64,000 nt of DNA from Tricharina praecox (GCF_024521635.1 NW_026250404.1:1054001-1118000), one strand, 5' to 3'. Shown: positions 37,331 to 51,967, numbered from the stretch's first letter. The notes: generated by a model not told the origin, from the sequence alone. Numbers and translations are program-made.

Positions 37331-40010
37331 CTGCTGTTGGTATGATTGCCAATGCTGCTGCTGCTGCTGTTGTTGCTGGCCGTTTCCGACAACATATGAT
37401 GACACTTCGTTGGTTGTGTGGTGCTCCTGATGCTGCGGTTCGGGCATCATACTTCCGCCGTGTTGCGCAGTTGCGTCCCACAGCCTCGAATCGTCCACCG
37501 GGCTGTTCGAGTTGGCGAACTCGACGCACTTGTGCAACATCTTCTCGAGGCCCAATGCCACATGTGGGATGATATGAAACTCACTCGCCACCCGGGATTT
37601 CGAGTTCAACAGGTCGATGACGCGTTCAACCAAGGACCAGACCTGGTTGGTGGAGATGTTGAAGCTGACGGATTTCCACTTTGCGGTGACCTTCAGGAGG
37701 AAAACGGCGGCGAAAGCGACCATGGTGTTGATGTACAGTGGTACACCGACGAGGGACTGGTGGATCGACGGCTCTTCCAAGATGATGGATAACACTGATA
37801 TGGCGGAGGAAATCGCAATATTGGCATGGTCTTTACGGTTCTGTGAAAGGTGCTGGACGGTGCTTGGAGATGCGCCGCGCAGAGCGAGGGAGTTGAGCTG
37901 TAATTTGGCGAAGTGGTAGTGCAGTTCGACTCCTTTGCCAGGGAAATCACCGACAAAGTTGATCGTTTCGGGGTTGTGCCCCACGGGGTCCGCTGCTATT
38001 CGAAGCCGTCAGCACTGGAGTCGCCTGGGGAATCTCGGACAGGAAAAGTGGGAGGTCGTACGAAGCCTTGATCGCCAGGTGTTCCTCCAGTTCTCAAGCT
38101 GTCCATTGAAGACTGGTAGGTGGGAAAGTCTTTCTTCTGAGATCTCATTCTCCGATTCGTCTTCGTAAAAGTGGAAGATCCGCGTTAGAACAGTGAATAG
38201 CGTGACCTGCGATAGAACGAGGTCATCTTCGCCAGTAGCCAGGTGAGTTTGTAGATACAGCTCCCATTTTCGCATGGGCTCATGGTCGTGGATAACAGGT
38301 GGTCGGCCGTAGACGATCGAGAAATGGTGATCACAAACATACAGCAGATACCTAATCGAACGAAGTATTGTCAGCAACCCATGATCAACACCGGATCCTG
38401 AGTGGGGGACTCGGGTGTAGGTTGTGTAACGGTTTTGTCCGATTCCGGAAAGGCTCGCGCAAATGCTCCGGGCGGGGGAAGCTCACCATAATCGTGCCTG
38501 CTCAAAGTGTTGGCTAGACCCTGAAACAGCTTTTCCGAAGGCCTGGTGTATGTTCATCTCCGTAGCGATCCTTACAGCATGGCCCGACAGTTTCCATGAG
38601 ACCTCCATCAACCAGAAGGCGCCGATGCAGAGTCCACGGACGTCGTCCAGCCGGTGGTATCGGTTGAACATACACGTCGAAACGCTGGCGAGGAACTCCT
38701 GGTACAGTAGTGGGAATAGATGATGGTGCTGCGGCACGTGCAGGGCGGTAACGGTGAATATGGCGGCTGTCAGGAGTGACGATGAAGCTCGAGCGGATTC
38801 GAGATCGTCGTGGACGAGCGCTATGTTGTATAGGTATTGGTTCAGATTATCACGGAACCTAAAGGACTGTCAGTCGCCGTGCTTGCTTCGTCCGATGATG
38901 GGATACTATCGATCCGGGGGATGTGTACACTCTGAATAGCTCCTGTGCGTCCGTCTCGGAAAGTAGGCCCCTGGATATGAAGTCGACGTCCATATCGTCT
39001 GACTGCGCGCCGAATCGAGTGCCGGCGCTGCCGCGCAAGCCGCGCAATCGGGTGACCTCGTACAGCGAGCCCATCGGGTTCGAAAATAGGGACTGACCGT
39101 CGCTCTCATCCAGAGCTTGAGAATGTTCCCTGGCCATAGGCAGCCCGCCTCGGTGCGATTGCTGGTCATCCTCCAGCTTCAAAGAATTGCAGCTGGGCGG
39201 TTCCTGGAACCGAACGGTCGAATGGGATGCCGAAGTGCCGCGTTGATGGATCTGCAGCGGTTGGGGGGGTTGGCCCTTTGAGTTTGGAGGTTCCGAGGAT
39301 GGCCGTGATGTCGGTGGCGTAGTGGGGCAGTACGAAGCCAGCTGCCGCATGTTCAACGACGCAAGGACGTCCTCCACAGCACGCTGCAGCTGCACGGTGT
39401 CTTCCCGCATCTTGTGCTTCCATCTGTGCAAAGAATCACCAACATCAGCATGCGGAGAACAAAGCGGGGGGTTCGGAAGAAACGGATCTTTCTCATCGGA
39501 CAACACGCCGGAGGGGAAGGGGGGGATGAGGGAAACGAACTCTATATCTTCGTCCAGGATCGTCTGGAGACTGCGATTTACCACACACTCTAGCTTCATC
39601 TTCTTGCACCGCACACAGGTCTGCTCTCCATCCTCAAAGTCGCATCGTATCTTCTGCTTCTTACACGCGGCACATGCTCGGACCTTCCTCGAGATGGTTG
39701 GCATCCTCGTTATGCGTCCGGAGGCATCGGCGAATAGCGACGCAACGGCGCTGTGACAGTTCTGAGCTGAAGGTGGTGGTGGTGGTGGAGGAGGGGCCAG
39801 TTGTGGAGGAAGTCCTGGCGACGTTGATCTCCGTTTCCTGGGGAAGTTTGGGGATGCGTCCCCGGCGGGCGGGGAACTTTGGGCCGAAGAGGCGGCCGAA
39901 CCAGTGGAGTCTTCGAATGAGCGCTTCATAACATGCTGTGGAATGGGCAGAGCTGGAGCTTTTCTTGTGTCCGTGGTCGGTGTCTGGCAGTGTTTCTCGG
40001 GTTGGTTCAT
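37127..40010 (-). CDS. Zn(II)2Cys6 transcription factor with fungal middle-homology region and C-terminal polyQ (PrtT-like family), 5 exons, ~830 aa
   Basis: Exons 40010-39541, 39423-38929, 38858-38487, 38351-38062, 37992-37127 give 2493 nt in frame (alternative start 39929). CAACKKQKIRCDFEDGEQTCVRCKKMKLEC; DFISRGLLS; DDVRGLCIGAFWL; ARLWYLLYVCDHHFSIVYGRPP. Confidence 0.92.
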
Positions 40011-43000
40011 CTGGTAACACTCTTTTCCGGACAGTTATTAGATATTTGTTCTCTCCTTCACGGAGACCGGTGGACAGTGGGATGTTAAAAACTATCGAAG
40101 ACGGCTCCGAATGCGGCCCAGCGTCGAGAGCGGACTGGGCCTTGCCACTATTGGCTAGCAGGTACATGTACGTTGAATACTCTCTTCCCCCCCTCGTACT
40201 GCAGCGTAGAGCTACAGGGACCGGGAAGCAGCTTGGGTTGAGGGGGGGAGGGGGGGAGGGGATGGGTGGGGATGCAGGTCAGCAACTAGTATTCTTTCGG
40301 AGCTGGAAATCGGAGTGACGAGGTGGACTGTTTCGAAGCCCGATTTTTTTTCGCTATTTGAGCAGGCGCGATCAGGCACGTTGGATTTATTTGGGGGGCA
40401 GATGATTTGGGGAGCGAGCCTCGTCACGATTGGCAGCAAGGATGCGTGGGGGGGATAGAGTACTTTGCACACAACACGACGTTAATTGCGTATGGAGCGG
40501 GGAGGATGTTCCAGTCGACCTGTTCGCCGTAACGGGGCCTTGGGGTATCCTTGGCCGCCGGAGCAATGGAGATCTAACCGTATCCAGACAAGTGTGGGGC
40601 TGTGGGATGGCCAACGGAAAAACTTTTCGCGTGGCCCGGCACCACCCTCCAGTCAGCCTTCGGGATATTCACAGGTGTCACTCGCTGGTGTATACCATCG
40701 GTACATATAGTACATACGCTGAGCAGTGTGCAGTGTACACCGCATTACTCTACCTTCATGCATTCAATGATCAAATAAGAAATGGAAAAAAATACTGCAC
40801 TACTTACCTACCTGAGCAGTCTCACGGCTTACCACCCCTTCGTGACTGCGACTCTTATCTCGCCAATCGGATAAACGAGCCCACGTTCTTGCCACGTTTG
40901 CTTCCTCACACTGCAAGTCAGACGGCAATAGTCGACTGGGCATATATGTAGCAAGTATGTAAGTACTTCTTCTCTGGGGGGGAGGCAGTCGGACCAAGCG
41001 ATCGAATCGATGCGTTGAATTCGTTTAAACGGTTTCCGGGGTTTTTGGACGAGCCAAGATTGCCAATTAACTTAGGGGCGTTTGGATGCACCTAGGCTTC
41101 GTTCGCGAAACAAGCTTGCCGCCGTCGAACGCGCTGGAAGGAGAAGAAGAAAGGAAGGAGAAGAAGAAGACGGAGAAGGCGGTGGAGAAGGAGAAGGGGC
41201 GGGGAAGGGTGTGGGGGGTGGGGTGGTGGTGGATGGTGGTGGTGGTACCGGGTGGTGGTGATGACCGTGCCAAGGCCACTGGTGGTGACACAAAGTCGCC
41301 CCCGGTCTCTTCCTCCTCCTCCTCGTCCTCATCCTCCCCTCCTATGTTCACTCTCGCAATCATGCCTTCCACTCTAGAGCATGTACGCACCGCTCGTTCG
41401 GAAAGGCTCGCGCGAATTACTTCTAGTGCTCCTATGCATCTCTCTCCCTCTCCCTTCTCTATCCCTCTCTCTGCTGCGTGACCGAAGAGACCGGATGACG
41501 GGAGTGGCAGCAGAGTTGGCGGGTGAATGTCTGCATACATACTCTGCATAATCTGCATACTCTACTCGTACATGCTCTACGGCAAGCATGCACCTCCGAG
41601 AAGAAGAGGGATGGATGGCACCCTGTGGCCTGTGGTTTGGCATATATCGTTCCTGACTAGCAGCCACCACCACCACCACCACCACCACCACCGTACGTGC
41701 TAGTATAGAGTACATAGAACATCGACAAGTTCTTCTCCAAGTTCTCTCATCACTTTGGCCGGACGAGAATAGAAGGAGCAGATCTCAGCTCCTCTAGCTC
41801 GGCGCCCCCCCAGCCAATCTAGAAGGCGGGGTCCAGCATCCGGACCTGGAGTGTGGCTGGCTGGCTCTGCACGCCATCTGAGGTAGAGTGGTGTAGGTAT
41901 AGGTACTCAGGTACCTGGGTAACTACTATCTAACTAACCAAGTACTTGGTGGAGTAGGTACTATCGGCGCTATACTATACCATACTATATACAAGCTGGT
42001 TTCAGGGGGGAAGGGAGGAGGGGGGACGATCAACCCCGCTCCAGCTTCGCCTGTTCTCACCCGTTTCAAGCAGCGGAGGGCGGGCGCGCTCGAACGACGA
42101 CGACAACTCTGCTGCACCCGCAGAGGGCTCGCATGTGTATTCGCGGCCCACGAAGATTTCCCGGTTCGCTCGATTATTTGCTTCTGCAGCGATATATGCT
42201 CATCGGAGAGCCCCCGACCCTCTCCCCTCCCCGACCCCCTTTGCCGCATCAGATTCAGGTTGAGCTTCCCGATGCCTTCCCACTCGCAGTTCGAGCCACC
42301 GTCCGCCAACCACCTGCAAACCATCCAACGGGTTGCGCGAATACATACCGGCTCACTTACATACATACGTGCTTGCTTGGGGGCGTAGTCCTGGATCAAC
42401 GAGTCGGACTGCATTAGCTCGTCTGCCGTCAGAAGCCACAATATTATCCCTCAGGCCATCCTCCCAAATGGCAAGAGAGGGAGAGGGAGGGAGGGAGATG
42501 GAGAGAGAGGGGAGGGAGGGAGGTTGTGACAAGTGTGCGCGCGTCTAGAGCACCGTATACCTACCCTAGGTGGGTTGGCTCTCAGGAACAGGTGTTTGCA
42601 GCGCCCCCGCCCCGCCCTCCATCCCCCATCCCCCCAGGGTCTTGAACTGTCAATGGTGGAGTGTGAGGTGGAGTGAAGAGGTGGAGTCTGAGGGGTGCGG
42701 TTGATTGATCTGCTGCGCGAAAAAAACGTGGAAGTCAAGCGACCTAGACTTGCATACCTTCCTACCTACATACCGTTCCTGAAGGTTGCATGACACTCTA
42801 CCGACGCAGTCATCACGGTGACGATATCTGCCGCTGCAAAAGGGAATCGCCATGGCCGCGCGCATTGGAAATGGAGAGTGTTCAGGTGGCGTGTGGTGTG
42901 TGGTGTGTGTGTGGTACTGGGCGGGTGGGTGGCGGGTAGAGCACCACGGTAAGTAGTGTACATACACTACAGTCTACATACTGCAGGCCACCGCGATTCC

Positions 43001-44559
43001 GTCGAAGGATATATATATTGCTCCTACATACAGACATGAGGGGGGGCAGATACTTACAGACTTCTTAGTTACTTTGAAAACGCGGGGAAGGTGGTCATAC
43101 AATCAATTCGACGTTACAGATACAGAGCTGCAGAAAATCCGAGAAATCGAATTCCACAACAGCCATCGATGCGCCCACGCCCGGCCAAGGCGACACGAGC
43201 ATCATCCGGGAGCTTCATGGCGGGGGAGGGCGGGGAAAGGTGGAGGGAAGGGCTCGTCTCCCTCCACCAGCGAATCCCGAGCTTTGCGGAGAAGTGCGGA
43301 AGCGGCTACTTCCGCGCTCTCGCTGCGGAAATGTTATCTAGAACTTGAGTACGTACTTGCTTACTTGGAGTGTAGAGCTTATGAAGGTAAGTACACACCT
43401 CCTACGCCGCATACCTAAGAACTTGGTAACCATTTACTCATGAACACGGACAGGCACTCAACTGCACCGACTCTCTCGCCTGAGACAGAGAGAATAGATT
43501 TGTCGTTGCATACCGCCTTATCATACTACGACCTCTCTCGCCTGAGACCTCTGGAAGCGATTGTTTGTGGAACAAGTCGACTGATAGTTATGCCGCCGGA
43601 CCCATCCCGTCCCATCTCACCTGCACTTGCGGTAGAGTACCTATGTGAGCGTCGCGTTTGCCACCGCACCGACGCCCGACGAATACTCCACACACCGTAT
43701 GCAATGCAAGTGGCCAACCTTCTAGAAGAGTAAAGGAAGACGCCCCCGGACACACCCGCATGCATACAGACCTACTCTACATAAGCTGCATGCGAGGGGG
43801 GGGCTTGCAGGAAATGCATCATGACGGTAGACGCCGAGATTGAAGCTGGGGTCTTGAGCAGTTAGCGAAGGGCATGTATGTGGGTATGTAGGTAAGTTCT
43901 ATGTACTTACCCACATAGCTAAAGCACTCGATGTATGTATGAATGTGGTTGTGTACAGGATGGTTATGCCGGTAGAAGACGCTCAGCTAACTATGGTAGG
44001 TATCTCGCAGGGCACTCATGGGGGCGGCGGCGAGTGATCGGATGGTTGTTGCGGTTGACAGGTTGCTCGATGCTACATAGGACCGCCATCATCCAACTAC
44101 CGTACATGAGGAGTACTTCTAGGAGTTACGGACCGCAATGCTGTGCTGAGACACACATAAACCTCAGACGGAACGTGCCAGACAGCCAGCTGTGAAGAGC
44201 CGATATTATCTCACTTTTTTTTCTTTTTCTTTTTTCTTCCTTTTTTTCTCTTCTTTTTTTCGCTTTCTTTCTTGCACGCCGCCACCACCATCGCCACCAC
44301 CACCACCGGCCATAGCTTTAAGCTTACGACTTACCGTACGTGGCGGGACCAGGGTGGACATGGTTACTGATGTACCAGTACATACCAGTTTGAAGTCACC
44401 GGTCCTCGCTATGGGCTTTCTTCGTGGTTACTACCGTACCTATAGTAGAGTACGAGTACATCTCTGCTATCCGGACCACATACGCCTCCCTCCCTCCCTC
44501 CCTCCTCCTCCTCCTCTCCCCCACCCCCAACGAAAAGGAATCCGTGTAAGCCCTCACCT

Positions 44560-44879
44560 TTTGCTTTTCTTTTTTTTCTTTTCTTTTCTCGTTTTTCGTT
44601 TACTTTTTCTTTTCTTTTCTTTTCTCGTTTTTCGTTTACTTTTTCTTTTCTTTTCTTTTCTTTTCTTTGCTTTGCTTTGATATGCTTAGATTTGCTTTGC
44701 TTCGAATCGCTTTGCTCAGATTTGCGTTGCTTAGATTTGCTTTGCTTTGCTTTGCTTTGCTGTGTGCTTTTTCCGCTCATCTTTCTCCCGGGCCGCTGCA
44801 AGCTACTGGTTAGTACGGAGAAAGCTTGTGATATCTACTCTAGATAACAGTGCCGGGAATCATCATCATCATCATCACC

Positions 44880-44910
<31 letters not shown>

Positions 44911-44955
44911 CCATCATCATCTGTCATCACCATCAGCAGCATCATCATCATCATT
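44560..44955. repeat. Simple-repeat block: pyrimidine tract with an internal duplication, (CTTTG)n-like run, then (CAT/CAC)n at ~44858-44953
   Basis: Directly visible. Confidence 0.88.
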
Positions 44956-46896
44956 GCCATCATTCCGTCCTGAAAGCTTTCCCGTCGACTCGGAGCTGCT
45001 TACCTATGTACTTACCTAAGTACCTACCTCCTACTTACCTACTCTACACCTCCAGAGTCCAAGTATCGTATGATATGTACCGTAGCAGCGGGCGCCGGGC
45101 CCTTGGGGCTGAAAATGCTTTCTCCTTCTGGAATCCGGAGTACATAGTAGTAGTATATAGCAGTATCATAGGTACTGCATAGTAGTACATAATAGTTAGT
45201 AGTGGTAGTACATAATAGTAGTACGGTAGTACATACTACATACCATATCATAGCAGCAGCAGCAGCGACAACAATAGCAGCAATACCTATCAGCATATAG
45301 TACTCTACCATGCTGCAGGTCCATCATCGGCCTTCCTCCAGGCTCCTCCAAGCTCCTCCAAGCTCCTCCACGCACTGCTCCATCCACTGAACTGATTAGA
45401 GCCGTATTGGCGAGGGATTTTTTTTCTTTCGGAATTGCTTAGTGAGGTTGTGCGCCAGTGGTCGTGCGCCAGTGGTCGTGTACCAGGCGTCGTGTGGTAT
45501 CGGTACACCGTACCGGTATCGGTATGCAACCGGTATGTACTATAGGTACATATGCAACTGGTTTGGCGCAGCACGGTCGTCGTATGTATGTAGACAGTAT
45601 GTAGACACAAGGCTCGCGGGACGACTGTCACTTGACTATATGTAGGATGTCGGGACCTACGCATACGCATACGTTGAAGGTCCAGAGCGGGCGCCGGGAG
45701 AGGGGGAACGTGGGCGTGGGCGGTCGGGGCTGTGGGTGTAAGTGTACGGTGTTCGGTGTTCAGCTGTTCAGTGCACTACATACTAGTACGAGTCACGGCT
45801 AGTAGGTACGCATGTAGATAATGATACGAGGTCACGGGATGGGTGATACGGTACGGTTCCGGTAGAGCTGTGTGACGTTTCAACGGAACTACGGAACTAC
45901 CTACGGAACTACGGAAATATGGGGAATCGCCGGTGAGCAGTGTCTGCTTTGTACGACGGGATGGACGGGATGGCCGGGACGGATGGGATGGGAGACTCTT
46001 GCTTACGAAGGTGGGAGCCGAGCACGGCGATGTCCGTTGGATCACCCCCTAACCCCTCTATCAGGACTCCCAGACTTCGGCGGAGTCCCCGCACTCGGAA
46101 TTACCGATTGGAGTGGAGGTCTCGATACGAACGATGATTGCCGCCCTCATGCTCTTGGGCAGTGTGCAGTGTGCTTCGGGTCACTCTCCCACAGGACAGG
46201 TTGCATATTGCATATTGCATATCTCAAGAATGGTCATGCACCTCATCCTCCTTTGGCACCCCACGAGCCTTCAATATGCCAAAGTGCCTACTACTACTGG
46301 TAGCACATACATGTGTGCATACGGTACATACACGCCTGTAGTCCCAAGTTATGCAGTTACCGGCTTCTCCAGCCAAGTGCTTACTCCTGGCGGCCTTCAC
46401 CGGTTTCTATCACCACGGTCACCACGGTCACCGCCACAACCACCACCACCACCACCATCTCTCGAAGCCGGCTTTCCCATCCAGCACTCCGAAATAACTC
46501 CCCCTCCCCCCATATCCCATATCCAATATCCCGTATCCGCCCAGGTATGTATGTTGACGTTGTTTGCACCTTCTCCCACTCGCCGTACATACTCTATGTA
46601 CCCCCCCAACTAAGAGATCTGCAGTGGTGAAACCCCCGCCTTCGGGGAGCATTAGGCTAGGTATATAGTAGTAGGTCGTTACCCCATCCCCGGACAGCAA
46701 AACAAACCAAAAAAATCCGACGTGCCAGGCTACATACATCTCTAGATTGCCTGGCATCGTCCAGGGCTGTGGTTACTCTGTACTCTATTCCATCCTGTCT
46801 ATATCTAAGAGAGCATCTACATACCTAATTGTATGTAGAGTACCGTTCCGGTTCTTGTGAACCGTCGGGCGGCTCCGGTTCGCAACTCCAACTGTC

Positions 46897-46945
46897 CAAC
46901 CATCCAACCATCCAACCATCCAACCATCCAACCATCCAACCATCC
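46897..46945. repeat. (CCAACCAT)n microsatellite, ~6 copies
   Basis: Directly visible. Confidence 0.88.
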
Positions 46946-48978
46946 GACCAACCCCCCCGCCGCACCTCCCCTGCCACACTTCAACCTTGGCCGTGACGGA
47001 AAACTGCGGTATGTATGCGGTCTGCGAGTGACCATCCTTTAGCCGTACATAAAAGATGAAGAATAGGAATGCCTCCCTCACCCCCCCTCACCCCCACTAT
47101 ATGTCTTCTTCTTCCTCTTACATCGCCGTGCATGTTTCTGGAACATTGTATTCCTTCGCTGGCGGGGGGGAGGGTTCCTCAATGCAGGAACGTTGGGTAC
47201 CTTGTCTTGCATGTGTTCCTAGTAGAAGTCTTCTCCCCCTCCTTCACCTCCTCCTTCACCCCCCATCCCTCATCCCCGTCCCCTCCCTCGCCCCGGTCTG
47301 CTGTTCTTCCTGTCGTGCGGTTTATGGCTCACGCACGCACGGCAAGGTGGGGGCCCTGGGGGGCCAATAAACATCGCGTTTCGGCCGGCCCCCAAAACTG
47401 TACCGTACCACTTACAGGGCGTTCAGAGTGGTCAAGGTAGATTAGAGTACTCTACTATTCTAGAAGCACGTCCGACACTCTTACTAACGGCGATCAGTTA
47501 CTCGGTACTACCTAGTAGTAGTAGTTGGTAGAGTAAGGTACATACCATGCATCCGCACGGCAGAGTACCTAGGGAGTCTGTCGGTCAGCCTTCACGACGG
47601 GAGGATGCGGCATCATATGTATGTTCACAGTTGCTTGCTTCCGTCCGTCCAGCGGTGAGAGCACGCATTGGCGTTTCCGCAAATAGCAGCGGATAATCCT
47701 GGGGGCGTTCTGGGTAGAGCCTTGTTGTTGTTGGCACATGGAAAACGCCGAGGAGACGATAGACGCAGGATGTAGTGTATATCCGCTTTAGGCGTGTCCC
47801 CTCGGTTTCACCGTACGGGAAGGGGGGAGGGTTTCCAGAATAGATCGTTCCCTGGTTGGAAATACCGGTACCGTTCAGGACTGGTCGTCGAATAAGTACC
47901 GTACCGGATATTGTTGACGAGTGCGAGGGCTCGGAAAAGCAAAGCTCTTGCGCTGACAGCATGAGATATTTATTTTCTTCTGCACAGCCAAGGGGCGCAC
48001 AGCTACCGGTATCTATCGGGATATGTATGATGCCCTGTTTCACGCGTTAGTTAGATTTCAGTGCTATGTACCGTGTACCGCTGCTCAGTGCTCAGTGCTC
48101 ATACCCGTCATCGGCGTCGACTCTACTATAGTTCTGATCCGATCTGCTCTGATCTGCTCTGTTCTGATCTTGCAAGTCCCCAAGGCTTGCGGTAGCTAAG
48201 TACCAACTTAGATGTACTGGTCGACCAAGGAAAACCTCCCGAGCCGACGCCGAACCTCCAGCAAATACTAACGAATGTGAAATTCAGGATGGCAGCGGTT
48301 GAGCATACCAGCATTCCGAGACGCCACTAGGTAGTTCGTCCCGATAACCCGAATTAGGACGTGAGCCATGATTCATCTCGTCTTTTCGACACGGTGCTGG
48401 CCGCAAGCAAGCACAAAGCACATGCTCGATGGCACGGTGTGATCACGTTCAGATCGTGGGCCTATTGCCCGCAAGGCACTATCGGGTGCCATCGGGGCAC
48501 TCCTGAGTTTCGTAACAAGCCCGAGGGAGATACGGTACATAGATTGAAGGGACGGATCGAGCGAATGGCATGTGAGCAGTGAGCACCACACGGTCAGGAG
48601 GTAGCGTCTGGACTCTGGACTTGTGTACCAATCGGCATCGTGATACAACGCTGTCGTGTGCAATCGAATGGAATGGCGCAGCCGAAGCTCGAGGTCGATG
48701 TGACCGTACAAAAACTAATCATGAGTGAACGGTCAGAAGTTAGAACTAGTATCGAAAGCTCTCCACTCCCCCCCCCCATTACCCTCACACACATGACCAG
48801 CCCTGTACATACCGTCACAAAGGATTTCAACTCCAAGGCCGGGGTATATAGTTGAATTCTAACCACACTAGATATGTACGTATTAGTAGCTTCTATCTGG
48901 CGATCATAATGGGGGAGGGGGGGCAGAAATCCTCCGGGTGGGCCGCCAGGTGCGCACTAGGTCCGAGAAAAGGCACTC

Positions 48979-49580
48979 GTTCGCTCGCTACCTATACGGG
49001 TTTGCGAGGGCTCTTTCGCTAATGCCTCTCCAGGCCGGGAAACAGGCCGAGAGAAGGAGAACGCACAAGGAGAGAGAGAGGAGATAGAAGTTGATCGTCT
49101 ACTGGTATTCTGTAGATGATGATCGAGAAAGAAGAAGAAGAAGACGAAGACGAAGAAGAAGAAGACGAAGAAGAAGACGACCCTGCAATGGCCGCCAACG
49201 CTGATTCCCACCAACGTTGGTGCCCACTACTAACCACATTGGTTTTCTCCCGCAGACCGGAGTCCTCCTTCATCTTCTCCTCCCGCCGACAGCTCCTCCA
49301 CCACTTCCTCCTCCCGCCGACAGCTCCTTCTTCACTTCCTCCTCTCGCCAACAGCTCCTTCTTCACTTCCTCCTCTCGCCAACAGCTCCTTCTTCACTTC
49401 CTCCTCTCGCCAACAGCTCCTTCTTCACTTCCTCCTCTCGCCAACAGCTCCTTCTTCACTTCCTCCTCTCGCCAACAGCTCCTTCTTCACTTCCTCCTCT
49501 CGCCAACAGCTCCTCCTTCGCTTCCTCCTCTCGCCAACAGCTCCTTCTTCACTTCCTCCTCTCACCGATAGCTCCTCTAT
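48979..49580 (+). repeat. Dispersed repeat family, copy B, with a (GAA/GAC)n tract and a 31-bp minisatellite (CAGCTCCTTCTTCACTTCCTCCTCTCGCCAA) x9 at 49290-49568
   Basis: Nine contiguous 31-bp units without spacers; flanks align to 23341-23600; related units at 25890-26060 (-), 35815-35860 (-) and 52155-52230 (+). Confidence 0.85.
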
Positions 49581-51369
49581 CGCTCCGCCACAACGGTATT
49601 ACACTCACTGACAGGAACCCGCGGGTGCCGCATAGATTGTGCAGCGCGCCTCCGGTCGAGCACTTACACTGACCACTGGGTCACCGACAACTATCCACTC
49701 GGCGCAGCCTCACAGGAACGACTACCTACGTACATCCTCTGAACTCCGAGTCCCACTTCTTCGCACCACCGTACGTGCGTAGATCGCCGGTTGGTACCGT
49801 ATCAATATGGTGTTTCATCACGTCACCGACGCCTCCTCCCCCACATCATCATCTCCCCCCGCCCCCGTCCCCCAAAGTTACGAAGGCACAATGAGGACAA
49901 GTGGGAGGAAGTATGCAGGAACTAGTGGGGGGACGGACCGCAAAAACAAAACAAAGCAAAATTCTTGCCATATTGCGCACAACAACAACACCAACACGGT
50001 CATGCTGCATCCTGCAGCAGCAGTCATTTTCACCGGAGCAACCGCCGCCTGATCTCTTGCCATACATACCGGCAGTAGTGGTGCTCTGCCGATTCAAAGT
50101 CGCTCTCTCTCCTGCCGATTCGTCCCCTACCACACCACACACACAGACACAGACTGCTTGTCGGATCGGAAATACAAACCATGCGGGAACCTGTCGGACA
50201 GCCGGACTTTCTATGCAGAGTACGTCCCATGACAGTTGCATGCCCCCCCACTCACGCAGCCTCCCCCCACAGGATCGAACTGTTACTGAACGTCTGGACG
50301 AAACCTCGGGAAACGGCCCAATTGGATACATACGACTCGCGAGTAAAATAACAAAGAACTCGATGACCAATGCGTGTCTGTGTCTCAGACCGAGGGACCC
50401 CAGAGGCCCGTCCCGAAGCCATAGGTTGCCCGAGGCCAACAGGCAGACAGTACTATATTGCATTTCCTCACACTTTCCGTGCCCATCAGCATCGACAGCA
50501 AGGCCAGCCGAGCCACCAACCATGCAGAACAATATCCCATGGCCGTGTGGAGAAAAACTCTTCTGTGATACATTGGTACGTAGGTACATATGATGCCTAC
50601 ATGCATACTGCCATACATAACTACGCCCCGTACCTACATAGACCGCCAGCCGCGTGTGTCACCAGCCAACCATGTCCATCCCACCCGGCGCCCCTCCGTC
50701 CGTTCGTTCGTCCCGAGAATTTCCTCAAGAACCCCCGAATGACCATTTCTCTGATTTTTTTTTGCACATATGTATAATGTACGTACATGCACGGTTCCGC
50801 ATCGCATGCACAGCACAGCCATTCCGCCGTCCACCTGGATCTGGCCAGGGGGAGCTCAAGAGGAGAATCTACTCTACATACATACGTGACATGATACGTC
50901 GTGATCGAGAGTTTTTTTTTTCTTCTTCTTTTCTTTTTGGGGCCAGACAACAGCCGAGATCTCACCGTGTCCAATCCACCCCGCCGAGATTTCACCGAAC
51001 AGTGTCTACGGTAATCGCCGAAGGAAAGAGAGAGCGAAAGGGTGGGGGGACTTGCATCTTGGACCGGCACCGGCGTCCAGCCCACAAAGCGAGATCTTCG
51101 ACTAACTGTGCTAGAGTCTAGAGTCCAGACCGCTGGCTGGCTGGCTGGCCGGTCGCTTCGTCTGACTGGCCTGAAATTCTCACGGACGTTGCCCGAAGGC
51201 ATCCGGTACTCTCCTCTACTCTACTCTACTATAGCTGGCGCACAGAAAAGCGCACTGGTTCGGACCATCTCGGGAGTATGTAGGTGTGTAGATCTAGATT
51301 TTCAACACATTACCGGTATCTGGCGGGAACAGAGACGGAGACGGTGTCGTGCTGTGTATGTGTACCATA

Positions 51370-51967
51370 CACACGCGGTCACTCGATTCGATGTCCCTAA
51401 GTGCCCACCCGGGGGACGGCGTTGATTATTGTACGGTAGGCTCTAGAGTAGGTTGAGCAGGGGTCGGGTAGGGGGAGGGGAGGGGGGAGGGAGAAGGGGG
51501 GAGGGTGCGGCTCGTGCACTGCTTTACTGCTTCCCCGTGACGATGCACGCACGCATGCACGCACACGAAACTTGGGTACTTGGGTACTTTTTCTAGGTAT
51601 CTATAGTAACGCCGATGATGCACCCACCACACCGCATCTCACAGGTATATAGTAGTAGACACAGTAGACATGGTGGACATATGCATATTGTGAGGGCTCC
51701 ATTCGCATATCCTTGATATCTTCACCGTGGTGTCTCGCCGTCCTACTATAGACATAGCAGTTGGCCCGAGAGGCCGAGACTCGAGAGATGCCTACCTACA
51801 TCCTATACCCACACAGTCCCGGATATGCATGCGGCGAGCGAAGTCACGGCCGAGAAACCACCGGCGTTACTTAGTACATAGTTACCGACGAAGCTGTGAT
51901 CTTCACGCCGGCGTCGAGTAGGATCTGGGACCTGGGTGACACGCGATTCTGGGCCACGGATAGACAC
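51370..51967 (-). repeat. Right arm of the long diverged inverted repeat (partner 34758-35556)
   Basis: See left arm; this copy lacks the 158-bp MITE. Confidence 0.85.

Noticed and set aside
38446..41413. Exact 15-mer CGGAAAGGCTCGCGC in an intron and upstream of the same gene
   Set aside because: One or two exact 15-mer matches are expected by chance in 64 kb.
49290..49568. 31-bp repeats resembling a CRISPR array in unit length
   Set aside because: Units are contiguous with no unique spacers, no cas genes, eukaryotic context: a minisatellite.
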